DNA from: Actinomycetes bacterium | GTDB lineage: Bacteria > Actinomycetota > Acidimicrobiia > Acidimicrobiales > Bog-793 | Assembly (NCBI GenBank): GCA_021809425.1 | Contig: JAKBAA010000001.1 | Span: 26,693 to 90,692 of the forward strand | DNA: 64,000 nt | Reading direction: 5' to 3' | Part shown: positions 51,322-62,251 of the stretch, in pieces | Numbering within the stretch: position 1 is the stretch's first letter | Layout: every line of letters starts with the position of its first letter | Made by a program: the position numbers and the translations under genes | The notes under the pieces: generated by a model | The model's input: the letters and a program-made list of their open reading frames with translations, nothing else | What the model was told of the DNA's origin: nothing | Database searches by the model: none

Positions 51322-52791
51322 CTACTGCCGCGTCGGTGCCGCTCGTGGCGCCGAAGGAGCGCTGCGAGCCTCGTGGCCGAGGTCGGAGTAGACGCTGCGG
51401 GCGACCGCCATCGAGCGGCGGCTGGTGGTGACGAGGCCGACCACGGCACAGCCGAGCCCGCAGGCCACGAAGAGGGCCCACGGGGCCCGCCCGAGGGCAG
51501 CGAGGTGGGCGTGGACCTGGGTGGCGAGCAGCGCGCCGCCGAGGGCAACCCCGAGGACGTTGCCGAGCTGGCGTGTCGCCGACGTGACCGCCGACGCGAC
51601 GCCGGCCTGCGCCGGGGGCATCGAGGTGACGGCGGTGTTCGTGATCGGCGGGTTGATCACGCCGAAGCCGGTGCCGAGCAGGACGTAGGCGACCACGAGC
51701 ACGCCGTACGGGGTGGCGCGGCCGGCGCCGTACAGGATGGCGGCGCCACCCGCCTGGAGCAGCCCGGCGACGACGAGCGGCCAGCGCGGGCCGTGGCGGG
51801 CGACGACACGGCCGGCGAAGGGGGCGGAGGCGGCGATGAGCGCCGTCGCCGGCAGCGTCTCGAGGCCGGCGACGAGCGCCGAGGCGCCGCGGACGTCCTG
51901 CAGGTAGAGCGTGTTCACGAACAGGAACCCGGCGAGGACGGTGAAGGTGAGCACGGCGATCGCCGACGCCCCGGCGAAGGGCGGGCTGCGGAAGAAGCGG
52001 GTCTCGAGCAGCGGCTCCACCCTCCGTCGCTCCACGGCGACGAGAGCGGCGAACGCCGCCGCCGAGGCGGCGAGCAGGCCGAGCGTGGTCGGTGCCGTCC
52101 AGCCCCAGCTCGGCCCCTCGATGATGGCGTAGGTGCAGCTGGCCAGCGCCACCACGACGAGGGCCTGGCCGGGCGGGTCCACCCGGCGGGGTCGGTCGGC
52201 GGTGGACTCGGGGATGAACCGGCGGGTGAGCAGGAAGGCGGCGATGCCGACGGGCAGGTTGACCCAGAACACGGACCGCCAGCCGACGAGGTCGACGAGC
52301 AGGCCGCCGAGCGGCGGGCCGCAGGCGGTGGCCAGCCCGAAGACACCGCTCCACAGGCCGAGCGCCCGGGCGCGCTCGCCGGGGTCGGTGAAGGTGGTTC
52401 GCACGATCGAGAGGGACACCGGCGTGAGCATCGACCCGCCGGCCGCCTGCAGCGCCCGGAAGGCGATGAGCCAACCGACGCTCGGAGCGAGGCTGCACAG
52501 CAGCGAGCCGGCGGCGAAGGTGAGCAGGCCGACGCTGAACATCGCTCGCCGCCCGATCCGGTCGGCAGTTGCGCCGGCGACGAGGAGCAGGCTGGCGAGC
52601 ACCACCATGTAGGCGTCGACCACCCACTGCAGCTGGGACAGGCTCGCGTGCAGCTGGTGCTCGACGGTGGGCAGGGCGACGTTCAGGATCGTGCTGTCCA
52701 GGTAGGTCATGAACAGGCTGAACGCGCAGATGACGAGGATGAGCAGCCGCCGGCGCCGGCCCGCCTCGCCGGCGGGTGGCGCGGCCGGCAT
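51322..52791 (-). CDS. MFS transporter, DHA2 (EmrB/QacA) type
   Basis: About 14 predicted TM segments. The segments [18 protein letters not shown] and [12 protein letters not shown] match DHA2 pumps. Confidence 0.85.
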   Translation of the reverse strand: MPAAPPAGEAGRRRRLLILVICAFSLFMTYLDSTILNVALPTVEHQLHASLSQLQWVVDAYMVVLASLLLVAGATADRIGRRAMFSVGLLTFAAGSLLCSLAPSVGWLIAFRALQAAGGSMLTPVSLSIVRTTFTDPGERARALGLWSGVFGLATACGPPLGGLLVDLVGWRSVFWVNLPVGIAAFLLTRRFIPESTADRPRRVDPPGQALVVVALASCTYAIIEGPSWGWTAPTTLGLLAASAAAFAALVAVERRRVEPLLETRFFRSPPFAGASAIAVLTFTVLAGFLFVNTLYLQDVRGASALVAGLETLPATALIAASAPFAGRVVARHGPRWPLVVAGLLQAGGAAILYGAGRATPYGVLVVAYVLLGTGFGVINPPITNTAVTSMPPAQAGVASAVTSATRQLGNVLGVALGGALLATQVHAHLAALGRAPWALFVACGLGCAVVGLVTTSRRSMAVARSVYSDLGHEARSAPSAPRAAPTRQ

Positions 52792-52808
52792 CGGCCGTCG
52801 CACGGGCG

Positions 52809-54347
52809 CTAGCCGGGAAGCACCGGGTCGGCCGGCACCTCGCCGCGGGCGTGGCCGGGTGACAGTGGCGACTGCCGGCGGTGCACCACGCGGTACGCCG
52901 AAAGCGCCATGGCGGCCACGAGGAGGCCGATCGACACGAGGAAGGCGGCGCGCAGGCCGTTGGTGAACTGGACCCCGGCCCGGTGGGTCAGCTTGGTGGT
53001 GCCGACGAAGATGGCAAAGGCCACCTGGCGCGGGATGGTGCGGGAGGCGACGAGCAGGGCGACCGAGAAGGAGAAGACCATGCCGGTGTTGGAGAACGTC
53101 CGCAGCAGCCCCGAGCCGACGCCGAACGCCTTCGGGCCGGCGACCGTCATCACCGCCGAGGTGTTGGCCGGGTAGAACAGCCCGCTGCCGAGCCCGTTCA
53201 CGATGCTCGCCGCCACGACCAGCACGAGGGTCGTGCGAGGCCCGAGCGCCGCGTAGCCGATCAGGGCGACGATGGAGGCGCCGATACCGATGGTGGCCGG
53301 CAGGACGGGACCGACACGGTCGGCGAGGCGGCCCCCGAGCGGTGCGGCGAGCGCGCCCACGAGGTAGCCCGGGACGAGCAGACCGCTCGCCGCGATCGGC
53401 GACAGGCCGCGCACGCCCTGGAGGTACATGGTGAGGAGGAAGAGCACGGCGAAGGTGCCGAGCGCCTGGAGCATCGAGGCGAGCAGGCTGGGCGTCATCG
53501 TCCGCACCCGCAAGAGCGCAAGGTCGACCATCGGCTCGGCCGTGCGGCGCTCGACGACGACGAACGCCACGAGCAGCACCGCCCCGCCGGCGATGGCGGC
53601 GGCGATGCGCCCGTCGAACGGGGCGGTGGCGAGCTCGACCATCGCCCACAGGATGCCGAGCAGGCCGAGGCCGACGAGCAGGGCACCGGCCACGTCGAGC
53701 CGCCTGGCCGCACGCGGGCTGCGGTCGTGCAGCACGCGTAGCCCGACGAGGAAGGCCACGGTGCCGATCGGCACGTTGATGCCGAAGATCCAGCGCCACG
53801 AGATGTAGGTGGTGATGAGCCCGCCGAGCAGGATGCCGAGGATGGCGCCGAGGTTCCAGCCGACCGCCAGCAGGCCGAACGCCCGGCCGCGGGTGCGCGG
53901 CGGCACCGTGTCCGCGATGACGGCGCCCGAGTTGGCCGTGAGCAGCGCCCCGCCGACCCCCTGCAGGATGCGGAACACCACCATCGAGGTGACGTCCCAC
54001 GACAGGGCGCACAGCAGGGAGCCGACGACGAAGACGGCGAAGCCGGCCTGGTACATACGGACGCGCCCGTACATGTCGCCGAGGCGGCCGACCTGGATGG
54101 CGAGGAGCGTGATGACGAGCAGGTAGCCGATGATCACCCACGTCAGCGAGGCCAGGCCGGCGTGCAGGGCCCGCTGGATGTCGGGCAGGGCGAGCACGAC
54201 GATCGTCGTGTCGATGGCGGCGACGAGGACGCCGGTGATGATGACGGCGAGCGCCAGCCCCGCCCGCTGCTCGGTCGGGTCGTGCACCGGGGCAGCGGGG
54301 GGCGAGGTCACGGGAGCAGTCTTCCAGCTCCGCGCCTCCGGGCGCAT
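52809..54347 (-). CDS. MFS transporter, DHA2 (EmrB/QacA) type
   Basis: The segments [17 protein letters not shown] and [12 protein letters not shown] match DHA2 pumps. The start is uncertain: ATG 54347 or GTG 54311. Confidence 0.85.
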   Translation of the reverse strand: MRPEARSWKTAPVTSPPAAPVHDPTEQRAGLALAVIITGVLVAAIDTTIVVLALPDIQRALHAGLASLTWVIIGYLLVITLLAIQVGRLGDMYGRVRMYQAGFAVFVVGSLLCALSWDVTSMVVFRILQGVGGALLTANSGAVIADTVPPRTRGRAFGLLAVGWNLGAILGILLGGLITTYISWRWIFGINVPIGTVAFLVGLRVLHDRSPRAARRLDVAGALLVGLGLLGILWAMVELATAPFDGRIAAAIAGGAVLLVAFVVVERRTAEPMVDLALLRVRTMTPSLLASMLQALGTFAVLFLLTMYLQGVRGLSPIAASGLLVPGYLVGALAAPLGGRLADRVGPVLPATIGIGASIVALIGYAALGPRTTLVLVVAASIVNGLGSGLFYPANTSAVMTVAGPKAFGVGSGLLRTFSNTGMVFSFSVALLVASRTIPRQVAFAIFVGTTKLTHRAGVQFTNGLRAAFLVSIGLLVAAMALSAYRVVHRRQSPLSPGHARGEVPADPVLPG

Positions 54348-54391
54348 CCTCCCCGTCGCTATTGGCGGGCTCGTGCACCGAGCGGAGCGGC

Positions 54392-55189
54392 TCAGCCGGC
54401 GACGGCCTTCACCACCTGGGCGACCGTGCGTGACCCGGCCGGCGCGGCGACGGCGAGGTGGGAGGGGTAGCCGAACAGGATCGTCCCGCTCGCCGACCCG
54501 GCGCGGGCGACGAAGCCGACCGGTCGGGCGGGGCCGCGTGCGGCCACGTAGAGCGTCCCGCCCTTGCTCGAGGTGACCGGGACGACGAGGTGGCCGCGGA
54601 AGTGGGTGAGCCGGCCCTTGTGGAGCGTGCCGAGGGCACGGGCCGACAGCAGCGTGCGGGCGAAGTCGGCTGGACGGGTGAGCGGGCCGACGCTCGCCTC
54701 CATCGCCTTGGCCGACGTCCCGGTCATCTCGATCCAGCGCCCGGCGAGGACGGCCGCCGCCGCGGCTCGCTGGGCCGGCGTCAGGGAGGCGCCGCCCCTT
54801 GCCACCTCGGCCGCCCAGAAGGCCCGCCCGGCGTGCAGGTAGACGGCGCCGCGGCGCTCGACGAAGTCCAGCCGGCCGGTGAAGCCGACGCTGCGGGCGT
54901 GCGACACGAAGACGCCGCGGGCGGCGGTGCCGTGGGCCGTGCTCGCCACGTCGAAGGCGAGCCGGCCGCTCCCCGAGCGGAGCGTGCCGGTGAGCACGAG
55001 GGCGCTGGCGCTCCGGACGCTGTCGGTGGCGCGCGTCACCACGGCCGACGGCGGCAGCCCGGCGACGCCGGTCGCTCCGGCCACACCGGCGAGCGGGGCG
55101 GCGAGCCCGGCGGCGAGCGCCGCGGCACCGGCGAGCGTTGCGGCCACTCCGTGCGCGCCGGGTCGGGGGCGGTGCGGGTGGGAGGTCAT
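54392..55189 (-). CDS. secreted hypothetical protein
   Basis: 265-aa ORF with an Ala-rich signal-like N-terminus. No family recognised. Confidence 0.55.
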   Translation of the reverse strand: MTSHPHRPRPGAHGVAATLAGAAALAAGLAAPLAGVAGATGVAGLPPSAVVTRATDSVRSASALVLTGTLRSGSGRLAFDVASTAHGTAARGVFVSHARSVGFTGRLDFVERRGAVYLHAGRAFWAAEVARGGASLTPAQRAAAAAVLAGRWIEMTGTSAKAMEASVGPLTRPADFARTLLSARALGTLHKGRLTHFRGHLVVPVTSSKGGTLYVAARGPARPVGFVARAGSASGTILFGYPSHLAVAAPAGSRTVAQVVKAVAG

Positions 55190-55322
55190 GCGTGGAGGGT
55201 CCCCTCGTGGTGGCGAACGCCGGGCACGCCGCGGCGCTCCGGCTCCTTCGGACCCTCAGTCGACTACCGGCGCGCCGGCGATGCCAGTCATCGGGCAAAC
55301 GCTGCCCGATGGGGCGATCCGC

Positions 55323-58046
55323 TCAGGCGGCGTCGGGCTCGGCGAGCTGCACCTCGACGACGAGCTCGGGTGCACCGCCGTCCAGCTCGAGCAGCTCGAC
55401 GTTCCCGGCCGCCCGGAGGTCGTCGGCCGCCAGCCGGATCCGTTCGATCAGGGCGGCCGGGCCGACGACGGCCACCCGGCGGACGCGGGCCCGCATCGAC
55501 ACCTTGGCGGTCGTCTTGGCCCGGCGGATCTCGCCGAGCACACGGGCGACCCCGTCGAGCAGGTCGCCGTCCCCTTCGACCAGGCCGGCCGTCGCCTCCT
55601 CGGCGGACGGCCACGGGGCGAGGTGGACCGAGGTGTCGTGCGACCACGACCACGCCTCCTCGGTGGCGAACGGAAGGAACGGGGCGAACAGGCGGAGCAG
55701 CACCTCGAGGGCACGCCGCAGGGCGAGGCGGGCCGAGGCGGCCGGGCCGCCGGCCTCGTAGGCGCGGCCTTTGACGAGCTCCAGGTAGTCGTCGCAGAAC
55801 GCCCAGAAGAACCGCTCGGTGGCCTCGAGGGCACGGGCGTGCTCGTAGGCGCCGAGGGCGGCGGTCGCCTCGGCTACGACCTCGCCGAGGCGGGCGAGCA
55901 TCGCCTCGTCGAGCGGCTCGAGCCGCCCGGCGCCGCTCCCGCCGGCAGGTGGCCGCCCGCCGTCCGCTCTCGCGCCGGCATCGGCATCGGCCCCGGCATC
56001 GGCATCGGCATCGGCATCGGCCCCGGCTTCGGCTTCGGCTTCGGCGAGGCGCGAGAGGATGAAGCGGCTGGCATTGAGCAGCTTGATGGCGAGGCGCCGG
56101 CCGATCTTCATCTGCTGGGGGTCGAACACGGTGTCGACCCCGAGACGTGCCGAGGCGGCCCAGTAGCGGACGGCATCGGTGCCGTGCTCCTCCAGCAGGT
56201 CGGTGGGGACGACCACGTTGCCCTTGGACTTGGACATCTTCTTGCGGTCCGGGTCGAGGATCCACCCGGAGATGGCCACGTTGCTCCAGGGGAGGCTGTC
56301 GTGGGAGAGGTGGGCCCGCACGACGGTGGTGAAGAGCCAGGTGCGGATGATCTCGTGGGCCTGCGGGCGCAGGTCCATCGGGAAGACGGCGTCCATCAGC
56401 GAGCCGTCCTCCCCCCAGCCGGCGGCGATCTGGGGGGTGAGGGAGGAGGTCGCCCACGTGTCCATCACGTCCGGGTCGCCGACGAAGCCGCCCGGCACGC
56501 CGCGCTGGGCCTCGTCGTAGCCGTCGGGGGCGTCGACCGAGGGGTCCACCGGGAGGCGCGCCCCGTCGGCGAGGATCGGGTGGGCGTCGTCGACCGTGCC
56601 GTCGGCCAGCACCGGGTACCAGACCGGGAACGGGACGCCGAAGAAGCGCTGGCGGGAGATGTTCCAGTCGCCGTTCAGCCCCTCGACCCACGCCTCGTAG
56701 CGGGTGCGCATGAAGGCCGGGTGCCACGCCAGGGCACGACCGGCGTCGAGCAGGTCGGCACGGTGGGCGATCGTCCGCACGTACCACTGGCGCGACGACA
56801 CGATCTCGAGCGGCCGCTCGCCGCGCTCGTAGAACTTGACGGCGTGGCGGATCGGGCGCGGATCGCCCACGAGGTCGCCGGCGGCGGCGAGCAGCTCGAC
56901 GATGCGGCGCTGTGCCTGGCGGACCGTCGACCCTTCGAGGTCGGCGTAGGCGGCCGCAGCCGCCGGGGGGTCGGTGCTCTCCCAGCCGGGCTCGCCGAAG
57001 GGGGCGTGCTCGAGGCGGCCGTCGCGCCCGACCACGGTGCGGGTCGGAAGGGACAGCTCGCGCCACCAGGTGACGTCGGTGAGGTCGCCGAAGGTGCACA
57101 CCATGGCGATCCCGGTCCCCTTCTCGGGGTCGGCCAGGGCGTGGGCGAGCACCGGCACCTCGACGCCGAACAGCGGGGTGCGGGCGGCCTTGCCGAACAG
57201 TGGGCGGTACCGCTCGTCGTCCGGGTGGGCGACGAGGGCCACGCAGGCCGGCAGCAGCTCGGGCCGGGTCGTCTCGATCTCCACCGGGGCGCCGTCGCCG
57301 GCGAGGGTGAACCGCAGCCGATGGTAGGACCCGGCGATCTCGCGGTCCTCGAGCTCGGCCTGGGCGACGGCCGAGCCGAAGTCGACGTCCCACAGGGTCG
57401 GCGCCTCCTGGCGGTAGGCGTGGCCGTCGGCCAGCAGGCGGAGGAAGCCGCGCTGGGAGATGCGCCGGGCCCGCTCGCCGATCGTCGTGTAGGCGAGCCG
57501 CCAGTCGACCGAGAGGCCGAGGCGACGGAAGAGGGTCTCGAAGGCCGCCTCGTCCTCCTCGGTCAGCCGCCGGCACAGCTCGATGAAGGTGGGGCGCGAG
57601 ACGGCCACGGGTGGGTCGGCAGGCGACGCGCCGGGCTCGAACCCGCCGTCGTCGACGATCGACGGGTCGCAACGGACCCCGTAGCGGTGCTGCACGCGGC
57701 GCTCTGTCGGCAGCCCGTTGTCGTCGAAGCCGATCGGGTAGAACACCCGCTTCCCCGACATCCGCTGGAAGCGGGCGACGACGTCGGTCTGGGTGTAGGA
57801 GAACACGTGGCCGACGTGCAGCGAGCCGGAGACGGTGGGCGGCGGGGTGTCGATGGCGAACACGCCCGAGCGGCCGCCGGCCGGGTCGAACCGGTAGCAC
57901 CCGTCGGCCTCCCAGCGGGCCGCCCAGCGGGCCTCGAGCCCGTCGACGCTCACCTTGTCGGGGGTACGGGCGCGCCCGGACGGCGCCGGGGCGGTCCCGG
58001 TGGCGGGCGCGGTCGGGTCGCTGCGGGGCTGGTCCTCGGCGGGCAT
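55323..58046 (-). CDS. valS: valine--tRNA ligase
   Basis: The HIGH region is GSLHVGH and KMSKS is KMSKSKGN. Length is about 900 aa. An alternative start is GTG 57953. Confidence 0.95.
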   Translation of the reverse strand: MPAEDQPRSDPTAPATGTAPAPSGRARTPDKVSVDGLEARWAARWEADGCYRFDPAGGRSGVFAIDTPPPTVSGSLHVGHVFSYTQTDVVARFQRMSGKRVFYPIGFDDNGLPTERRVQHRYGVRCDPSIVDDGGFEPGASPADPPVAVSRPTFIELCRRLTEEDEAAFETLFRRLGLSVDWRLAYTTIGERARRISQRGFLRLLADGHAYRQEAPTLWDVDFGSAVAQAELEDREIAGSYHRLRFTLAGDGAPVEIETTRPELLPACVALVAHPDDERYRPLFGKAARTPLFGVEVPVLAHALADPEKGTGIAMVCTFGDLTDVTWWRELSLPTRTVVGRDGRLEHAPFGEPGWESTDPPAAAAAYADLEGSTVRQAQRRIVELLAAAGDLVGDPRPIRHAVKFYERGERPLEIVSSRQWYVRTIAHRADLLDAGRALAWHPAFMRTRYEAWVEGLNGDWNISRQRFFGVPFPVWYPVLADGTVDDAHPILADGARLPVDPSVDAPDGYDEAQRGVPGGFVGDPDVMDTWATSSLTPQIAAGWGEDGSLMDAVFPMDLRPQAHEIIRTWLFTTVVRAHLSHDSLPWSNVAISGWILDPDRKKMSKSKGNVVVPTDLLEEHGTDAVRYWAASARLGVDTVFDPQQMKIGRRLAIKLLNASRFILSRLAEAEAEAGADADADADAGADADAGARADGGRPPAGGSGAGRLEPLDEAMLARLGEVVAEATAALGAYEHARALEATERFFWAFCDDYLELVKGRAYEAGGPAASARLALRRALEVLLRLFAPFLPFATEEAWSWSHDTSVHLAPWPSAEEATAGLVEGDGDLLDGVARVLGEIRRAKTTAKVSMRARVRRVAVVGPAALIERIRLAADDLRAAGNVELLELDGGAPELVVEVQLAEPDAA
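55977..56045. repeat. hexanucleotide repeat (GGCATC/GGCCCC/GGCTTC)n inside valS
   Basis: Direct reading of the sequence. It encodes AEAEAEAGADADADADAGADADAG on the minus strand. Confidence 0.9.
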
Positions 58047-58066
58047 CGGCCTAGTACGGTACTCCC

Positions 58067-59461
58067 GTGCTCCGGCTGTACGACACGGCGTCCGAGCGCG
58101 CCCACGAGCTGGTCCCGAGCTCGGGCGTCCTCGGCCTGTACGTGTGCGGACCGACCGTCTACGGGCCGCCGCACGTCGGCCACGGGCGGCTCGCCCTCGT
58201 GTTCGACGTGCTCCGCCGCTACCTCGAGCACCGCGGGGAGACCGTGCGGCACGTGTCCAACGTGACCGACGTCGACGACAAGATCATCGACCGGTCCCGT
58301 GCCGAGGGGCGCCCGTGGCAGGCGATCGCCGAGGAGGCCGAGGCCGCCTGGTGGTCGGCCATGTCCGACCTGTCGGTGCTCCGGCCGCACGAGGTGCCCC
58401 ACGCCACGTCCTACGTCGAGGGGATGGTGGAGCTCGTCGAGGACCTCCTCGGTCGCGGGGCCGCCTACCGGGCGCCCGACGGCGTGTACCTCTCGGTGGC
58501 GGCCGTCGACGGCTACGGGCTGCTGGCGCACCAGGACCTCGAGGCGCTGCGGGCCGGGGAGCGGGTGCACGCCGAGGCGGGCAAGCGGTCCCCGCTCGAC
58601 TTCGCCCTGTGGAAGGCCGCCAAGGCAGGGGAGCCGAGCTGGCCGGCGCCGTTCGGCGCCGGCCGCCCCGGCTGGCACACCGAGTGCGTGGTCATGTCGC
58701 TGGCGCTGCTCGGCGAGGCCTTCTCGCTGCACGGCGGCGGCTACGACCTGCGGTTCCCGCACCACGAGAACGAGCGTGCGCAGGCGGTGGCGCTCGGGCG
58801 GCCGTTCGCCCGGCACTGGGTCCACAGCGGGCTCGTCGAGGTGGGCGGCCAGAAGATGTCGAAGTCGCTCGGCAACTACCTGACCCTCGCCGATCTCGTC
58901 GAGCGGGCCGATCCGCGCGCCTACCGGTTGCTCGTGCTGCGCGCCAAGTACCGCTCGCCGCTCGAGGTGACGCCCGAGCTGCTCGGCGAGGCCGGCCGGG
59001 CCGTCGAGCGCCTGGACGAGCTGGCCGGGCGCCTCGCGACCGCCCGGCCGGCCGCCGCCGACCCCGACCCCGGGGGCCCCGGCGAGCGGTCGGCCACCAC
59101 GGCGGCGGACGCCCTGGCGGCGCGGTTCCAGTCGGCGATGGACGACGACCTCGACACGGCGGGCGCCGTGGCGGCCCTCTTCGACGGGGTGCGAGAGGCC
59201 AACCGGCTCCTCGACGCCGCCGACCCCGCCGGGGCCGTCGCCGTCGGCGGGCGCGCCCTCGAGTGCTTCTCGGCCGTGGGGCTCGCCACGAGCGACCCGT
59301 TCTCGCAGGCGCCCGACGAGGCGGTTCAGGCGCTGGCACGACGCCGCGACGCGGCCCGGGCGGCGCGGGACTGGGCGGCGGCCGACGCGGCGCGCGCCGA
59401 GATCGAGGCGCTCGGCTGGCGGGTGGAGGACTCCCCGTCCGGCACCCGTCTTCGCCGCTGA
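58067..59461 (+). CDS. cysS: cysteine--tRNA ligase
   Basis: The HIGH region is PHVGHG and KMSKS is present. The Zn ligands are CGPTVY, WHTEC and HGGG.DL.FPHHENE. The C-terminal domain reads ARDWAAADAARAEIEALGW. Confidence 0.9.
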   Translation: MLRLYDTASERAHELVPSSGVLGLYVCGPTVYGPPHVGHGRLALVFDVLRRYLEHRGETVRHVSNVTDVDDKIIDRSRAEGRPWQAIAEEAEAAWWSAMSDLSVLRPHEVPHATSYVEGMVELVEDLLGRGAAYRAPDGVYLSVAAVDGYGLLAHQDLEALRAGERVHAEAGKRSPLDFALWKAAKAGEPSWPAPFGAGRPGWHTECVVMSLALLGEAFSLHGGGYDLRFPHHENERAQAVALGRPFARHWVHSGLVEVGGQKMSKSLGNYLTLADLVERADPRAYRLLVLRAKYRSPLEVTPELLGEAGRAVERLDELAGRLATARPAAADPDPGGPGERSATTAADALAARFQSAMDDDLDTAGAVAALFDGVREANRLLDAADPAGAVAVGGRALECFSAVGLATSDPFSQAPDEAVQALARRRDAARAARDWAAADAARAEIEALGWRVEDSPSGTRLRR

Positions 59462-59480
59462 CGGCGGCGGCACGAGCACC

Positions 59481-59503
59481 CCGCGCGCGCCGGAGGCGCG
59501 CGG
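59481..59503 (+). terminator. GC-rich hairpin after cysS (possible intrinsic terminator)
   Basis: CCGCGCGC (59481-88) pairs with GCGCGCGG (59496-503) across a 7-nt loop. It lies 20 nt after the cysS stop. The downstream T-tract is weak (..AAACTCTTTCC). Confidence 0.35.
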
Positions 59504-59705
59504 ACGGGTAAACTCTTTCCAACCCCCATGACGCCGCCTCGTCCGGCTGCTAGCGTGCGCGTCGAGAGCTAAGCGGGCCCTCAGCGGTGCCGCTCGCAGT
59601 CCTTCGGCAAGGCCCGTCGTGGGCAGCGCCCGGCGCTGCGTGCGACGCCACGACCGGCTCGATCCCTCTCGCACCAGAAGCATCGAACGAAGGGGGATCG
59701 CCGAG

Positions 59706-59906
59706 GTGGCGACCGGAACGGTTAAGTGGTTCAACGCTGAGAAGGGCTACGGCTTCATCTCGCAGGCCGGCGGCGCGGACGTCTTCGTCCACCACTCCGC
59801 AATCCAGATGAACGGGTACCGTAGCCTCGAGGAGGGGCAGGCGGTGGAGTTCGAGGTCCAGGAAGGCCAGAAGGGGCTCCAGGCGGCGAACGTCCGACCC
59901 GCCTAG
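59706..59906 (+). CDS. cspA: cold-shock protein
   Basis: GTG 59706 follows GAAGGGGG. The segments [15 protein letters not shown] and VFVHHSAI are the RNP1/RNP2 motifs. A leader of about 240 nt lies upstream. Confidence 0.9.
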   Translation: MATGTVKWFNAEKGYGFISQAGGADVFVHHSAIQMNGYRSLEEGQAVEFEVQEGQKGLQAANVRPA

Positions 59907-60036
59907 CAGGACGTCGGTAGCTCGGCGCCGGGCGCGCCGCTGGCCAGGCCGGCGGGTGACCCGGCGCCGACGTGCCGGGGGAGGCCGGTGTGCGGCCCCC
60001 GCCGGTTGCGCTGCGCCGGCCGTCTAGCGTGTCGGC

Positions 60037-62205
<2,169 letters not shown>

Positions 62206-62251
62206 CGCTCGCCGGCTGGGCGGAGCACCCCCGGCGGGGCAGGCGCGCCGT

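Noticed and set aside
58067-59461. MshC (mycothiol Cys ligase) rather than CysS.
   Set aside because: The protein retains a C-terminal extension after the catalytic domain, including the ..ARDWAAADAARAEIEALGWRVEDSPSGTRLRR segment typical of CysRS anticodon-binding/C-terminal domains. As I recall, MshC lacks this region. The call still needs confirmation by phylogeny.
59462-59705. tRNA or small RNA gene in the 244-nt gap before the cold-shock gene.
   Set aside because: I could fold no cloverleaf-compatible arms or anticodon-loop pattern by eye. Long structured 5' leaders are normal for csp genes. Only the post-cysS hairpin was recorded.
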